Virus record (IMG/VR): IMGVR_UViG_3300044653_000068
Span: 51,257 to 115,256 of that record
Length of the DNA stretch: 64,000 nucleotides
Strand: one strand, 5' to 3'
Source: a virus
The position numbers and the translations under genes were made by a program. The notes beneath the pieces were generated by a model. The model saw only the letters and a list, made by a program, of their open reading frames with translations. It was not told the DNA's origin and made no database searches. This document shows positions 30,262 through 39,432 of the stretch, piece by piece; position 1 is the first letter of the stretch; each line of letters opens with the position of its first letter.

Positions 30262-31028
30262 GACGCAGCCGCGACCCGCTGGTCCTTTACGGATCGGCGG
30301 GCCGGCCGAGAGGAGAAGACATGCCCGCAGCAGTAGAAGCAATCACAGAGGCAGAGCTGACCGCAGCAATGGCCCTTATGGGCTATCCCTCGCGGAACGC
30401 CCCCGCAATCTTCAACCGCGCCCTTGAGCGTCGGCGGGGCGATATCAACCCGCAGATCGACGGCAACGAGGCCATCACGGTGGACGAGCTGCGCGCATCG
30501 CTCAAGCGCCTCGGGTACATCCCGTTCGAGGCGGCGGGCGTGGTCACGGACATCCTGGAGCACCGCAAGCCCGAGTTCGAGCCGGGGGACATCGTGACCG
30601 GCCATTACGGGGCCACGTTCATCAGGCAGGCTGACGGAACCTGGAAGGGCACGCACGGAGGCTCAATCTACAGGCACCTGGAAGGCCCGCTGACCAAGAT
30701 CGGGGTGGCGGTGTGACACTCGGCTACAACACGCCTGAGACCCCCATGTGCGAGCACTGCGGGTCCAGGGTGCACGAGACGGACAAGTGCAGGTTCCCGC
30801 CGGAGGAGAAGCTCTACGCGTTCAGGAAGCCAACCGCCGAAGGTGCGCTAACCCCGCACCAGGCCCTCCGCATCCTGGAGCGCGAGCTGAAAATTAACGA
30901 GGGCCAAGAGAACGAGGCGGCCCGGGAAGCGGCCCTGAACAGGCTCTGGAATCTCGTCCTCACGGGCGAGTAGAGGGTCAGCGCGAGAACTGAAACATGA
31001 CATCACAGACAATGAAATGAGGTAACAG

Positions 31029-31310
31029 ATGCCGGGTAACACGGCTATCGGCAAGGACGTGGTGCTGATCGGCCAGGAGGTGGTGGCCGAGTACCTGGGC
31101 GTGACCTCGCAGGCCGTCTCCAACTGGTACAACAGGGGCCTGGAGGGCATGCCGCCGTACGTCCCGGTCCACTACACGGGGGACAAGACCCCGGCCAAGG
31201 TGTGGCGGTGGACGCAGCTCCCGGCCTGGGGCAAGTGGCACGAGAAGCACAAGGCGGAGACCGGGCAGCACACCGCCGAGAGGAACAGGAAGACGGCGAA
31301 GGCAGCATGA
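31029..31310 (+). CDS. HTH DNA-binding protein
   Basis: IGQEVVAEYLGVTSQAVSNWYNR. Confidence 0.8.
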   Translation: MPGNTAIGKDVVLIGQEVVAEYLGVTSQAVSNWYNRGLEGMPPYVPVHYTGDKTPAKVWRWTQLPAWGKWHEKHKAETGQHTAERNRKTAKAA

Positions 31311-31522
31311 CGGAAGACAAGAAGCGCGGTGTGCTGGGCGGCATCGAGCCGGACCCGGACAAGGGGAAGCCGTACAGGCACACCCGGCGCAAGTGCCTCC
31401 TGATGATGGAGGGAATGAACGGCGGCAAGCACGGGGCCGCGCTGAAACTTCTCATCGAGAAGAGGCCCGAGGACGTGCTGGACGCGCTGATCGCGGTATC
31501 AGACGAACTAAAAAGGGAGTAA
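31307..31522 (+). CDS. hypothetical protein (duplicate of the 16152 gene N-part)
   Basis: Direct repeat copy 2; ATGA-coupled to the HTH gene. Confidence 0.7.
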   Translation: MTEDKKRGVLGGIEPDPDKGKPYRHTRRKCLLMMEGMNGGKHGAALKLLIEKRPEDVLDALIAVSDELKRE

Positions 31523-31526
31523 GAGC

Positions 31527-31991
31527 ATGAATCATCTCACTACCGACCGCGCCAAGCGGGTCGGCGACGCCGAGCGGGACCTGTACGTGGAGCACCTGGC
31601 CGGCACGGTCGCCACCGGGCACCTGAAGCCAGCCGAGTTCACAGAGCGCCGGGACGCGGCCCTGGCCGCCGTCACAGCCGGGGACCTGATGAAGCTGATC
31701 GCGGACCTGCCCGCAGTCACCGTGCCGAAGCCGCAGCTCGTGAAGCTCAACCAGATGGGCACGAAGTTCAGGCCGGCCCAGTGGGGGGCGTGGATGCTGG
31801 CCAGCCTGCTGCTAGCCGCCGTCCCCGGCCCTGTCCTGACCTCCGTTTTCGGCGGGTTCGGCCACATCCCGCTCCACGGCGCGGGCTGCCTCTTCCTGAC
31901 CGTCCTCGGCGTCGTTCTGTTCCTCTGCGCCGCCATCTCCCTGGCCCCGGACAAGACCGCGCCCGAGGACAATCCCGCAACCTGGCGGTAA
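31527..31991 (+). CDS. DUF1707 (SHOCT-like) membrane protein
   Basis: RVGDAERD...GHLKPAEFTERRDAALAAVTAGDLMKLIADLP plus two transmembrane helices. Confidence 0.8.
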   Translation: MNHLTTDRAKRVGDAERDLYVEHLAGTVATGHLKPAEFTERRDAALAAVTAGDLMKLIADLPAVTVPKPQLVKLNQMGTKFRPAQWGAWMLASLLLAAVPGPVLTSVFGGFGHIPLHGAGCLFLTVLGVVLFLCAAISLAPDKTAPEDNPATWR

Positions 31992-32024
31992 AGTGCCGTC
32001 GCGATCCACGAAAGGAGCAAGACA

Positions 32025-32231
32025 ATGACCGCATCAGACAACGAGGGCTGGCTCAAGAGTTCGCTGAGCTTCGCCAACGGCAACTGCGTAGAGGTGGCGA
32101 GCCTGTCCGACGGCGATATGGGCGTGCGCAACAGCAGGGACGCCACCGGGCCGGTCCTGCGGTTCACGCCGGACGAGTGGGACGCGTTCATCGGGGGCGC
32201 GAAGAACGGCGAGTTCGACCGAAACAAGTGA
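32025..32231 (+). CDS. DUF397 protein
   Basis: WLKSSLS..GNCVEVA...VRNSRD..GPVLRFTPDEW.AFI. Confidence 0.92.
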   Translation: MTASDNEGWLKSSLSFANGNCVEVASLSDGDMGVRNSRDATGPVLRFTPDEWDAFIGGAKNGEFDRNK

Positions 32232-32420
32232 CCGGCGGGTAACCACCGTGATAGCGTCGTTATCCTTCGCTCTTTGAAAATGTCATAACGGGAGCTGGGC
32301 AGGCGATCTTGCGTCGTCTGCCCAGGCCGGGGCATCCGAAACGCCCCCGGAGGGCTGAACCCTGACCCCGGCTGCGCCTGACTGCGGCCTCCTCCGTCTC
32401 CCCCTGCACTAGGAGAGTTC

Positions 32421-33605
32421 GTGAAGGGCACCAGCAAGGCGGCACTCCGGGCAACGGCGGAACTTCGCGCCACGGCGGCACTCCGCACCACGGCCGCGTT
32501 CCGCACTGGCAGGGCAAAGCGCGCCCTGCGCTTCTTCATTCTCCCGGCCGTCGTCGTCATCGGCCTCATCACCGTCATCGTCACGCTCACCCCCGGGCCG
32601 GCGACGGCTCGCGCGGGAGGCGTCAGCAACGTCAGCGCGGTAAGCGCCGCCGGCGCCGGCAAGATCGAGCAGGCATCAGCCCTGAACGCTGGCAGCCGGC
32701 AGGTCGCCAGCCTGAAGGCGCGCACGGCGGACCTGGCGGCGGCCCGCGCGGTCGCGCAGGCGGAGAAGGAGGCGGCGACGGCGAGAGCGGACCACGCGTT
32801 CCACATCGAGCACCTCGCCCACCTGAGGTTCCTGGCCGCGCGGGCTGCGGCGGCCAGGGCGGCTGCGGCGTCGGCGGCGTGGGCGAAGTCGCACCCTGCC
32901 CCGCTCGTGACGCACGCGAGCGTCACCCCGATCACGAGCACCGCCCCGGTATCGTCCGGCGTCTACAGCGAGTCGATGCTGGAGCGGCTCTGGGTGGCCG
33001 AGGGCGGGAGCGCCGGCGAGGAGGGCGTGGCCGCCTGCATCGCGGAGCACGAATCAGGCGGCAACCCGGGCGCGGTGTCGCCCACCGACGACTACGGCCT
33101 CTGGCAGATCAACGCGGTCAACGCCTCCCCCAGCCTGATGCTCAACCCGGAGGCGAACGCGCGGGAGGCCATCTCGCTGTCCCGTGACGGGACGAACTGG
33201 TCGCCGTGGACGACAGCGCCCGATTGCGCCGGGGCATCCGTCACGGCCGCCGTGAGCCCGTCAGGCGGCATCGTCGGCTTCGCGCTCAGCTTCAAGGGCT
33301 ACCCGTACGTGTACGGCGGGACGAGCCCGGCCGGCTTCGATTGCAGCGGCTTCGCGCAGTACGTCTACGCCCGCTTCGGCAAGTCGATCCCCCGCACCAG
33401 CGAGGAGCAGGCCGCTTACCTGGCCAGGGTGTCAAGCCCGTCACCGGGCGACCTGGTGTTCTACTGGTCCGGGAGCGACGCCTTCCACGTCGCGATCTAC
33501 ATCGGCGGCGGCCAGGTTATATCGGCGCTCAACCAGAACGCGGGCGTGGTGGTGACGCCGCTGAGCTGGCCCGGCCCGGACTACAGCTTCGGAACACTCG
33601 CGTAA
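32421..33605 (+). CDS. secreted lytic transglycosylase + NlpC/P60 cell-wall hydrolase
   Basis: Transmembrane/signal segment; IAEHESGGNPGA..DYGLWQIN..WSPW; PYVYGGTSPAGFDCSG..HVAIYIG. Confidence 0.88.
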   Translation: MKGTSKAALRATAELRATAALRTTAAFRTGRAKRALRFFILPAVVVIGLITVIVTLTPGPATARAGGVSNVSAVSAAGAGKIEQASALNAGSRQVASLKARTADLAAARAVAQAEKEAATARADHAFHIEHLAHLRFLAARAAAARAAAASAAWAKSHPAPLVTHASVTPITSTAPVSSGVYSESMLERLWVAEGGSAGEEGVAACIAEHESGGNPGAVSPTDDYGLWQINAVNASPSLMLNPEANAREAISLSRDGTNWSPWTTAPDCAGASVTAAVSPSGGIVGFALSFKGYPYVYGGTSPAGFDCSGFAQYVYARFGKSIPRTSEEQAAYLARVSSPSPGDLVFYWSGSDAFHVAIYIGGGQVISALNQNAGVVVTPLSWPGPDYSFGTLA

Positions 33606-33745
33606 TCCCGTCCGGGCAAAAGGTCCGGGGAATAAACGCAGGCCGGCGCGGCGCTGTAACAGCCGCGTCTCACCGGAAGCCCCGTAAACGGGCGGATGGT
33701 ACTGTGTGCTCACTGTCAGCTCAATTTCAGGAAAGGCTCGAAACT

Positions 33746-34633
33746 ATGCTTCGCAAGATTCGCAGCACCGCACTCGTGATGGCCACAGTCACGGCCCTCG
33801 CGCTGGGCGCAGTCGGCGCGGTCGCCGGAGTGGCCAGCGCGTCCGTGATCCCCGTGTACAACGTCTCGGTGGGCAGCTCGAACGGCGGCGTCGCCGGCTA
33901 CTACTGGGGCGACGACCAGCACACCAACTGGCGGTACACGCAGACGACTGTGATCGCGTCGCCGACGCTGAACGACCTGAACGGGACCACCTCCTCGACC
34001 CTCGGGGCCGTGGGCACCGAGCTGTGCAACGAGAACGGCGGCCACGGCAACGGCGTCGCGGCGCAGATCGGCCTGTACTACACCGGGAGCGCCTACGGCG
34101 TCGCCTACGACTTCGGCGACTTCGCGTCCAACAGCTTCGACGATCCCTGCATCCAGGCCGGCTTCATCAACCCGGACATCGAGAGCGCGCCGCAGCTCCT
34201 GAGCCACACCGTCATCCACACGGGCGACCGCATCGAGCTGGCGATCTTCTACAGCCCGGCCGCCGGCGCGCACGGCCGCCACACCCTGGCGTTCGGCGTG
34301 ACCGACCTGTCGCAGCTCAACGAGGCCCGCAGTCATGACGAAAGCGTGACCGCGCAGTCCTTCACCGAGTTCGGCACCGGGGTCGTTAGCGATGCCGCCA
34401 ACGTGACCGCCGCCCTGGACAACAACCTGGAGACCTACACCAACTCCACGGTCAACTTCTACAGCGCGCACACCGCCGCGAAGCCGGTCGGCGACGAGGG
34501 CACGGGCTTCGGCGGCATCGGGGGCCTGACCATGGCGCAGTACGTGAACGTGTCAGATCAGCCCGAGATCAGCCCGAACGGCAGCCTGAACGGCCCGAAC
34601 TTCACCGTTTACGAGGGCAGCACCACCCCGTAA
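33746..34633 (+). CDS. secreted beta-rich hypothetical protein
   Basis: GAAAGG Shine-Dalgarno, signal peptide ending ASA. Confidence 0.75.
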   Translation: MLRKIRSTALVMATVTALALGAVGAVAGVASASVIPVYNVSVGSSNGGVAGYYWGDDQHTNWRYTQTTVIASPTLNDLNGTTSSTLGAVGTELCNENGGHGNGVAAQIGLYYTGSAYGVAYDFGDFASNSFDDPCIQAGFINPDIESAPQLLSHTVIHTGDRIELAIFYSPAAGAHGRHTLAFGVTDLSQLNEARSHDESVTAQSFTEFGTGVVSDAANVTAALDNNLETYTNSTVNFYSAHTAAKPVGDEGTGFGGIGGLTMAQYVNVSDQPEISPNGSLNGPNFTVYEGSTTP

Positions 34634-35011
34634 CAGATCACGTCCCTCAGGGGCGTACGGAGCTTCACCCAGGTGGAGCCCCGTGCGCCCCTCTATTATG
34701 CGCCGGGCCCGTTCCACAGAGCCCATGCCCTTAATCTCATTGCAGTAGACAGGACCGGGGCGCACCCCCAGCCTCCCGGCGGCGGCCGTGCACACGGAGC
34801 AGCCTCCCGGGTATGTGTGAATTGCCTTCACATTCTCCGGCGTGCTCTTGCCGCCCTCAGTGTCCGGGATCTCGTGGTCTCCGCCGTGCGCACCGTAATG
34901 AAAACACACCCAACAGCGGCCGTGATCGCGGACGACTACCTGGGCCACCAGGCGCCGCCAGGAGCGGCCCTCAGCGCCCGCCGCGCGCTTCGGGCGGGGC
35001 TTCCCAGTCAC
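34553..35011 (-). CDS. HNH endonuclease (packaging-type)
   Basis: RDHGRCWVC...DHEIP..GG..ENVKAIH...CNEIKG. Confidence 0.7.
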   Translation of the reverse strand: MTGKPRPKRAAGAEGRSWRRLVAQVVVRDHGRCWVCFHYGAHGGDHEIPDTEGGKSTPENVKAIHTYPGGCSVCTAAAGRLGVRPGPVYCNEIKGMGSVERARRIIEGRTGLHLGEAPYAPEGRDLLRGGAALVNGEVRAVQAAVRADLGLI

Positions 35012-35185
35012 CGGGGGTCGTAATGCCCGTACCGGTACTGAAGAGACGGGCGCGCGTGCAGCTTGGCCATCAGCCGATCCTCCATCCCCTGCCGTGCAGC
35101 CAGTTATACGCGCAGCCGTGCACGCCCTCCGGCCAGTACCACTGCGTGGCGACTCCGGCGGGGGCGGCGAACATCCAGAGCGACC

Positions 35186-35680
35186 TCACAGAACTGGGAC
35201 AACCTCGAACATCAGCATGTACTCGACCCCGACCTGGAACTTATCGAAGGCGTCGGGATTGGACACGAACAGCTCGATGTAACCGGAGGGCGTCGCCTGG
35301 GACCACTCGTAGTTCGGACTCTGCGGGTCGGCGTCGTAAACCGGTGTGAACCGGACCAGGCGGGCGGTGTCCTCGCTGTCGTCGGGGTAGTACTGCGGCT
35401 TCGAGTTGCCGATACAGCGAACCTTGGCCTTGACCATTGTCTCCTCCTGTAATGACGCCTGCACCCGCAGCGGCTCGTCCGTGGCCGCCAGGCACGCGTC
35501 GATGTCGCCGATGTCGTGCATGATCCCGGCCTGCTGCCGGTCTGACAGGAGCGCGGCCTGAAGGCCCGTGACCCGGCTCAGGTGCTCGCGCTCGTGCTCC
35601 AGCATGACGCGGGTCCAGCGTCGGAACTCCTCGATCCGGCAGCCGTCGTGGCACTCGCGCTCCATCAGACCAGGTACCAC
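35186..35680 (-). CDS. hypothetical protein(s); internal AGGAGG-ATG start of a conserved ATPSG-motif protein
   Basis: MVKAKVRC...WSQATPSGYIELFVSNP is in frame with the upstream ORF. Confidence 0.6.
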   Translation of the reverse strand: MVPGLMERECHDGCRIEEFRRWTRVMLEHEREHLSRVTGLQAALLSDRQQAGIMHDIGDIDACLAATDEPLRVQASLQEETMVKAKVRCIGNSKPQYYPDDSEDTARLVRFTPVYDADPQSPNYEWSQATPSGYIELFVSNPDAFDKFQVGVEYMLMFEVVPVL

Positions 35681-35829
35681 CAGTGAGCCTCCGGCCGAAC
35701 GGAGAAGCCGCTGTCCCGCTGAGTCTTGGGACTGACGCCCGCCCCGGAATCATGAGGGCCCTGGCCGTTGTTGACGCTCTTATTCCGCATTACCGCTTCC
35801 TGCCTCCCGGCCCTTGATCCCGCCCACGG

Positions 35830-36003
35830 CTACCAGCGTCCCCCGTCAGGGTGGAACGTGCGCCAGCCGGCGCTGGCGGAGAAGCACGCAAGGCCGATGA
35901 ACAGGAGGATGAACATGGTCCGGAGGTCGGACGCGACCGACTTGTCCACCCAGGCGACGACGGCCCCGATGATGAAGACGACCATGGCGATGAATCCGAG
36001 CAT
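35830..36003 (-). CDS. small two-TM protein (holin-like)
   Basis: MLGFIAMVVFIIGAVVAWVDKSVASDLRTMFILLFIGLACFSAS; AAAGGGAG Shine-Dalgarno; near the lysin-like gene. Confidence 0.55.
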   Translation of the reverse strand: MLGFIAMVVFIIGAVVAWVDKSVASDLRTMFILLFIGLACFSASAGWRTFHPDGGRW

Positions 36004-36081
36004 GGTTACCGCTCCCTTTCCAGAAACGTAAGAACCACCCTGAGACTACGCTCAGAGCGGTCCTCACGCCAGCAGCGCGGG

Positions 36082-36318
36082 TTACAGGCCTCTGGCCGCC
36101 AGAGCTGCCTCGACCGCCGCCTCGACGGCCTTGGCCGCCGCCACGACGTCCGCCTCCAGGGCGGGAAGCTCCTTCACGGCGGCGGCGGCCGCCGCCCGGA
36201 CCTCGGCCGCGATGGCGGCCTTCTCGGTCTCGAACGCGGCCTCGGCGTCGGCGAGGGCCTTGGTGACGGCTTCCTTGATCGGGTGAAGGATGTCCTCGAT
36301 GTCCTGCTCAAGCCCCAT
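36082..36318 (-). CDS. Ala-rich helical protein
   Basis: GAGGAG Shine-Dalgarno. Confidence 0.65.
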   Translation of the reverse strand: MGLEQDIEDILHPIKEAVTKALADAEAAFETEKAAIAAEVRAAAAAAVKELPALEADVVAAAKAVEAAVEAALAARGL

Positions 36319-36372
36319 GGCGTTCTCCTCGGGTGGCGGGGTTGTGGATTTGATCGTCCAGTCGAGCGCAGT

Positions 36373-37029
36373 CTAGCTCCCGGCGCGGTAGTCCGGCCAG
36401 CCCGGCACCAGGCACTCCACCCTCGGGTCGCCCAGTCCCACCCAGCCCTCGGCTGCGTAGCGGTTAGCGCCGTGCGGGTCGATGGGCGCGAGCCTCGCCA
36501 GGTACCCCGCGTTAGCCCACCAGAAGTTCCCGCCGAAGATCCCCGGCTGGAAGATCTTCTCCGGGTACTCCCCCCGGGTCAGCCAGTGGCACCCCACCGC
36601 GTCCACTGTGTGTAGTGAGTTCACGCAGTGCTTCCACCGGCCAACAACATGACGCGTCATGTTCCTGCGCCAGGCATCGGCGAATGCGCCCCCCTGGAAC
36701 GAGCCCTTGCCGTGCGCGTACATGACCGGCGTGGCCGGGTCAGTGGAGTCGTCCTTGGCGAACTCGTGCAGCGCGTCTAGGGTGACCATCTCGAAGCCCT
36801 CGGCGGCCTGCGTGAATAGCCGCCAGGCGGGCCATTTACCGTCGAGCCAGTCCATGGCCTCGATCCGCTGCGCGGGGCCGCCCACGATCCCGACGCGCAC
36901 GTCCCCGTCGAACCAGGCGTCATCGAGAGCCTGGAAAAACTCGCGGGCGGGCGGCAGCCAGTTGGCGCCGTGGTGGGCGTCCCCGACCCAGAGGTGATAA
37001 AAACAAACGGGCGTCATCAGCTCTCGCAC
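36373..37029 (-). CDS. putative glycosyltransferase-like protein
   Basis: VMYAHGKG...WR..M...FGGNFWWA motif set seen in viral GT-like proteins. Confidence 0.5.
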   Translation of the reverse strand: MRELMTPVCFYHLWVGDAHHGANWLPPAREFFQALDDAWFDGDVRVGIVGGPAQRIEAMDWLDGKWPAWRLFTQAAEGFEMVTLDALHEFAKDDSTDPATPVMYAHGKGSFQGGAFADAWRRNMTRHVVGRWKHCVNSLHTVDAVGCHWLTRGEYPEKIFQPGIFGGNFWWANAGYLARLAPIDPHGANRYAAEGWVGLGDPRVECLVPGWPDYRAGS

Positions 37030-37039
37030 CTGAAATTCC

Positions 37040-37240
37040 TCAGTCTTCCTCCAGGTCCAGGCTGTCCGTGTCGTAGACCGTCAGCACCTCGGTGGGGTTG
37101 AACGAGGCGACCTTGCGGTCCCCGGAGTACACGACCACGTACAGCGAGCCGCCGTTCTCGGGATTGGCGGGCGGCTCGGTCCAGTAGTCGCCCTTGACGG
37201 CGTAGACCGCGCCGGCGAGCATCCGGACGATGACCGTCAC
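37040..37240 (-). CDS. hypothetical protein
   Basis: 66 aa ORF between the lysin-like and GT-like genes. Confidence 0.55.
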   Translation of the reverse strand: MTVIVRMLAGAVYAVKGDYWTEPPANPENGGSLYVVVYSGDRKVASFNPTEVLTVYDTDSLDLEED

Positions 37241-37242
37241 GC

Positions 37243-38196
37243 TCAGCCCGTTGTGAAGTCAGCGCTGGCGAACACGCCGGGGCCGAGGTGCTCGGTGCCG
37301 GGGCCGGACGCGGACAGGTGCGCTGTGTACCGGACGCCCTCCGTCATGCCGCCGCCCTCCCACTCGCGCACGGTGCCGGGGATCTGGCGCGGGTAAGAGT
37401 CCACCAGGCCGTCCGGCCCGTAGACCCAGACGACGAAGTGATCGACCACGGCGTGCCCGTCGAGCGGCGGCGCGGCCCACGCCAGCTTCACGGTGGTGTG
37501 GCCGGCCGAGACGACCCGCAGGTCCGCCGGGGGGCCGTAATGCCAGTCGGCGGGGGGCGGCGGGGGCGCGGGCACGTCGAAGACGGCGGCGTCCCACACG
37601 TCCGAGTCGAAGTCGGGGATCGAGGCCCACTGGGTGGCGTCGGCCTGCGGGTAGCCGCAGACGGCCGGGGAGCAGATGTGCTCGCGGAACAGCCAGTGCG
37701 CCGTCCACAGGAAGTACGAGGACCGGGCGAACCCGGCCGAGGCCAGGGCGGCGCTCACGAGGTGCGCGTCGCCGGCCGAGCAGTAGTACACCGGCTTCGC
37801 CGTGACCCCGCCCCTGCCGAGGCGCTGGAACGCGGGGGCTTCGGCGGGCGTCGCGTTGCCCGGCTCGATGTCCAGGCACGCCACGCGCTCGGCGGTCTCT
37901 ACGGCCGGCGAGATGGAGACGAGCTTCGCCCCGGAGGCCTCGAACCTGGCGACGAGCGCCGCCCAGTTGTCGAACGACCCGTAGGCGTAGCCGGCGTACA
38001 CGGGCAGGCCCGCCTGGAGGTTGGCGACGTAGATCGAGTCCTGGCCGGCGAGGGTCGCCGCGCCCCCGAGCAGGTCCGCCGGCGCGAAGAGGCCGTGCTG
38101 AACGCGCCACGCCTTCGACGGGAACGCCGAGGACGGGCGGCCGAATGCGCCGCCGGAGTAGTCGAGCCGGGAGTGGACGGTAGCGGGAGCGGTCAT
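37243..38196 (-). CDS. endolysin-like GH25/DUF1906-type hydrolase with FN3 domain
   Basis: YAGY, CLDIEPGNA, PVYYCS, LWTAHW, ATQW; Pro linker; FN3-like C-terminus. Confidence 0.65.
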   Translation of the reverse strand: MTAPATVHSRLDYSGGAFGRPSSAFPSKAWRVQHGLFAPADLLGGAATLAGQDSIYVANLQAGLPVYAGYAYGSFDNWAALVARFEASGAKLVSISPAVETAERVACLDIEPGNATPAEAPAFQRLGRGGVTAKPVYYCSAGDAHLVSAALASAGFARSSYFLWTAHWLFREHICSPAVCGYPQADATQWASIPDFDSDVWDAAVFDVPAPPPPPADWHYGPPADLRVVSAGHTTVKLAWAAPPLDGHAVVDHFVVWVYGPDGLVDSYPRQIPGTVREWEGGGMTEGVRYTAHLSASGPGTEHLGPGVFASADFTTG

Positions 38197-38378
38197 GTCG
38201 CCTCCACGTACGGCAGGTTGTGATGGCAGGCCGCCAGAGCGCAAATCGGGCAGACGAGGCCCGCCGCCCCCTCGTCCTCGTGCGACATCGGGTTGACCTC
38301 GGCGCCGTCGTCGCCGGGGGGCGCGAGCGGCGGCCCGGGGATCTCCCCGTTCTTCGGCTTGTCCCTGGCGGCGGTCAT
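38193..38378 (-). CDS. hypothetical protein
   Basis: MTAARDKPKNGE...CPICALAAC; ATGA-coupled. Confidence 0.45.
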   Translation of the reverse strand: MTAARDKPKNGEIPGPPLAPPGDDGAEVNPMSHEDEGAAGLVCPICALAACHHNLPYVEAT

Positions 38379-38722
38379 GCGGCGGTCAGCTCCCTCGCCT
38401 TGTCCTCGACCGCCTTGCGGTCCGTGCCGTCGAACGGCCCCTCGACCGACAGCCACCGGGGCCGCCAGTCGGGGCCGCCCTCGTCGAGGGGGTCCTTCCG
38501 CGCGAGCGGGGTGCCGGGACCGAACCGGTAGACGACCAGGAACGCCCGGCCGTCCGGCGCGGGAACGCCCATGACGAACTTCCGGTCCCTGTCGGCGTCA
38601 TCCAGGTTCTGCGGCTGGAGGCGCGCGGCGAAGATCTTGCCCACCGTGGCCTCGTCAACGCCGCCCCTCGCCAGCGCGCCGCAGACTTCCTCAGTGCTCA
38701 GGTACCCGTCCGTGAGGCTCAT
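38375..38722 (-). CDS. hypothetical protein
   Basis: TAGGCT-N7-ATG leaderless start. Confidence 0.6.
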   Translation of the reverse strand: MSLTDGYLSTEEVCGALARGGVDEATVGKIFAARLQPQNLDDADRDRKFVMGVPAPDGRAFLVVYRFGPGTPLARKDPLDEGGPDWRPRWLSVEGPFDGTDRKAVEDKARELTAA

Positions 38723-39432
38723 AGCCCGCAGCCTACATCAGTTGTCGGTGGGTATCGACTTGAACCACACGTTGGCGATCCAGGCTGCGATCGGCGGGTA
38801 CTTCACGGGATGACTGCACACGCCATTGATGCCGCAGACGGGGCAGGTGATGCCCGTGTGGTCCTTCTGCTGCTCGCTCATGCACCGAGGTTAACCGGTC
38901 GTGAAGAATCAGGCTAGCCAACTGCGCGCCGGCGGAGACGGGCCCACACTACCAGGGATCGCGCGAATACCAGGACGGAATGCCCAGCTCGGGATACGAG
39001 ACTCCGTACCGATGCTGGCTGTGCCCCCAGGGCTTCCCGAACTCCTTGCACTCCCAGATCGTGTAGTACCCGCACCAATTGGAGCCATTGCTGCTCGCGA
39101 TCTTGCAGTCCCGGTGACGGGCGTAGAACCGGCCGGCCCTCGTCGGGCGCAGCCACCAGAAGCGGCTCATCCGCGCCCCCGCAGCCTTAGCCGCAGCGCC
39201 CGCCGGGCGGGCTTCCGCAGCATCTTCGCCTGATCCGCCATCACCCTCTCGACAGCGCTTCGGGGCCGGGTTCTATTCCGGTCGCGCCAGCCGTCGCACA
39301 GGAGCCAGCCTCCGGTGAGCCCGAAAAGGTAGTTCAGATCGCCCTGGTGGCGGGCGACGGCCGGGATCTTCACGCTGGCGGCCATCAGCCCGAAGAGGGC
39401 CGCGTAGACCGCGAGAGCGAGCAGCAGGCCCC

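Noticed and set aside
32281-32420. c-di-AMP (ydaO) riboswitch
   Set aside because: The gene context fits, but the conserved GAAUC, GGGGGAACC and CCCGUCAGCUAAC blocks are absent
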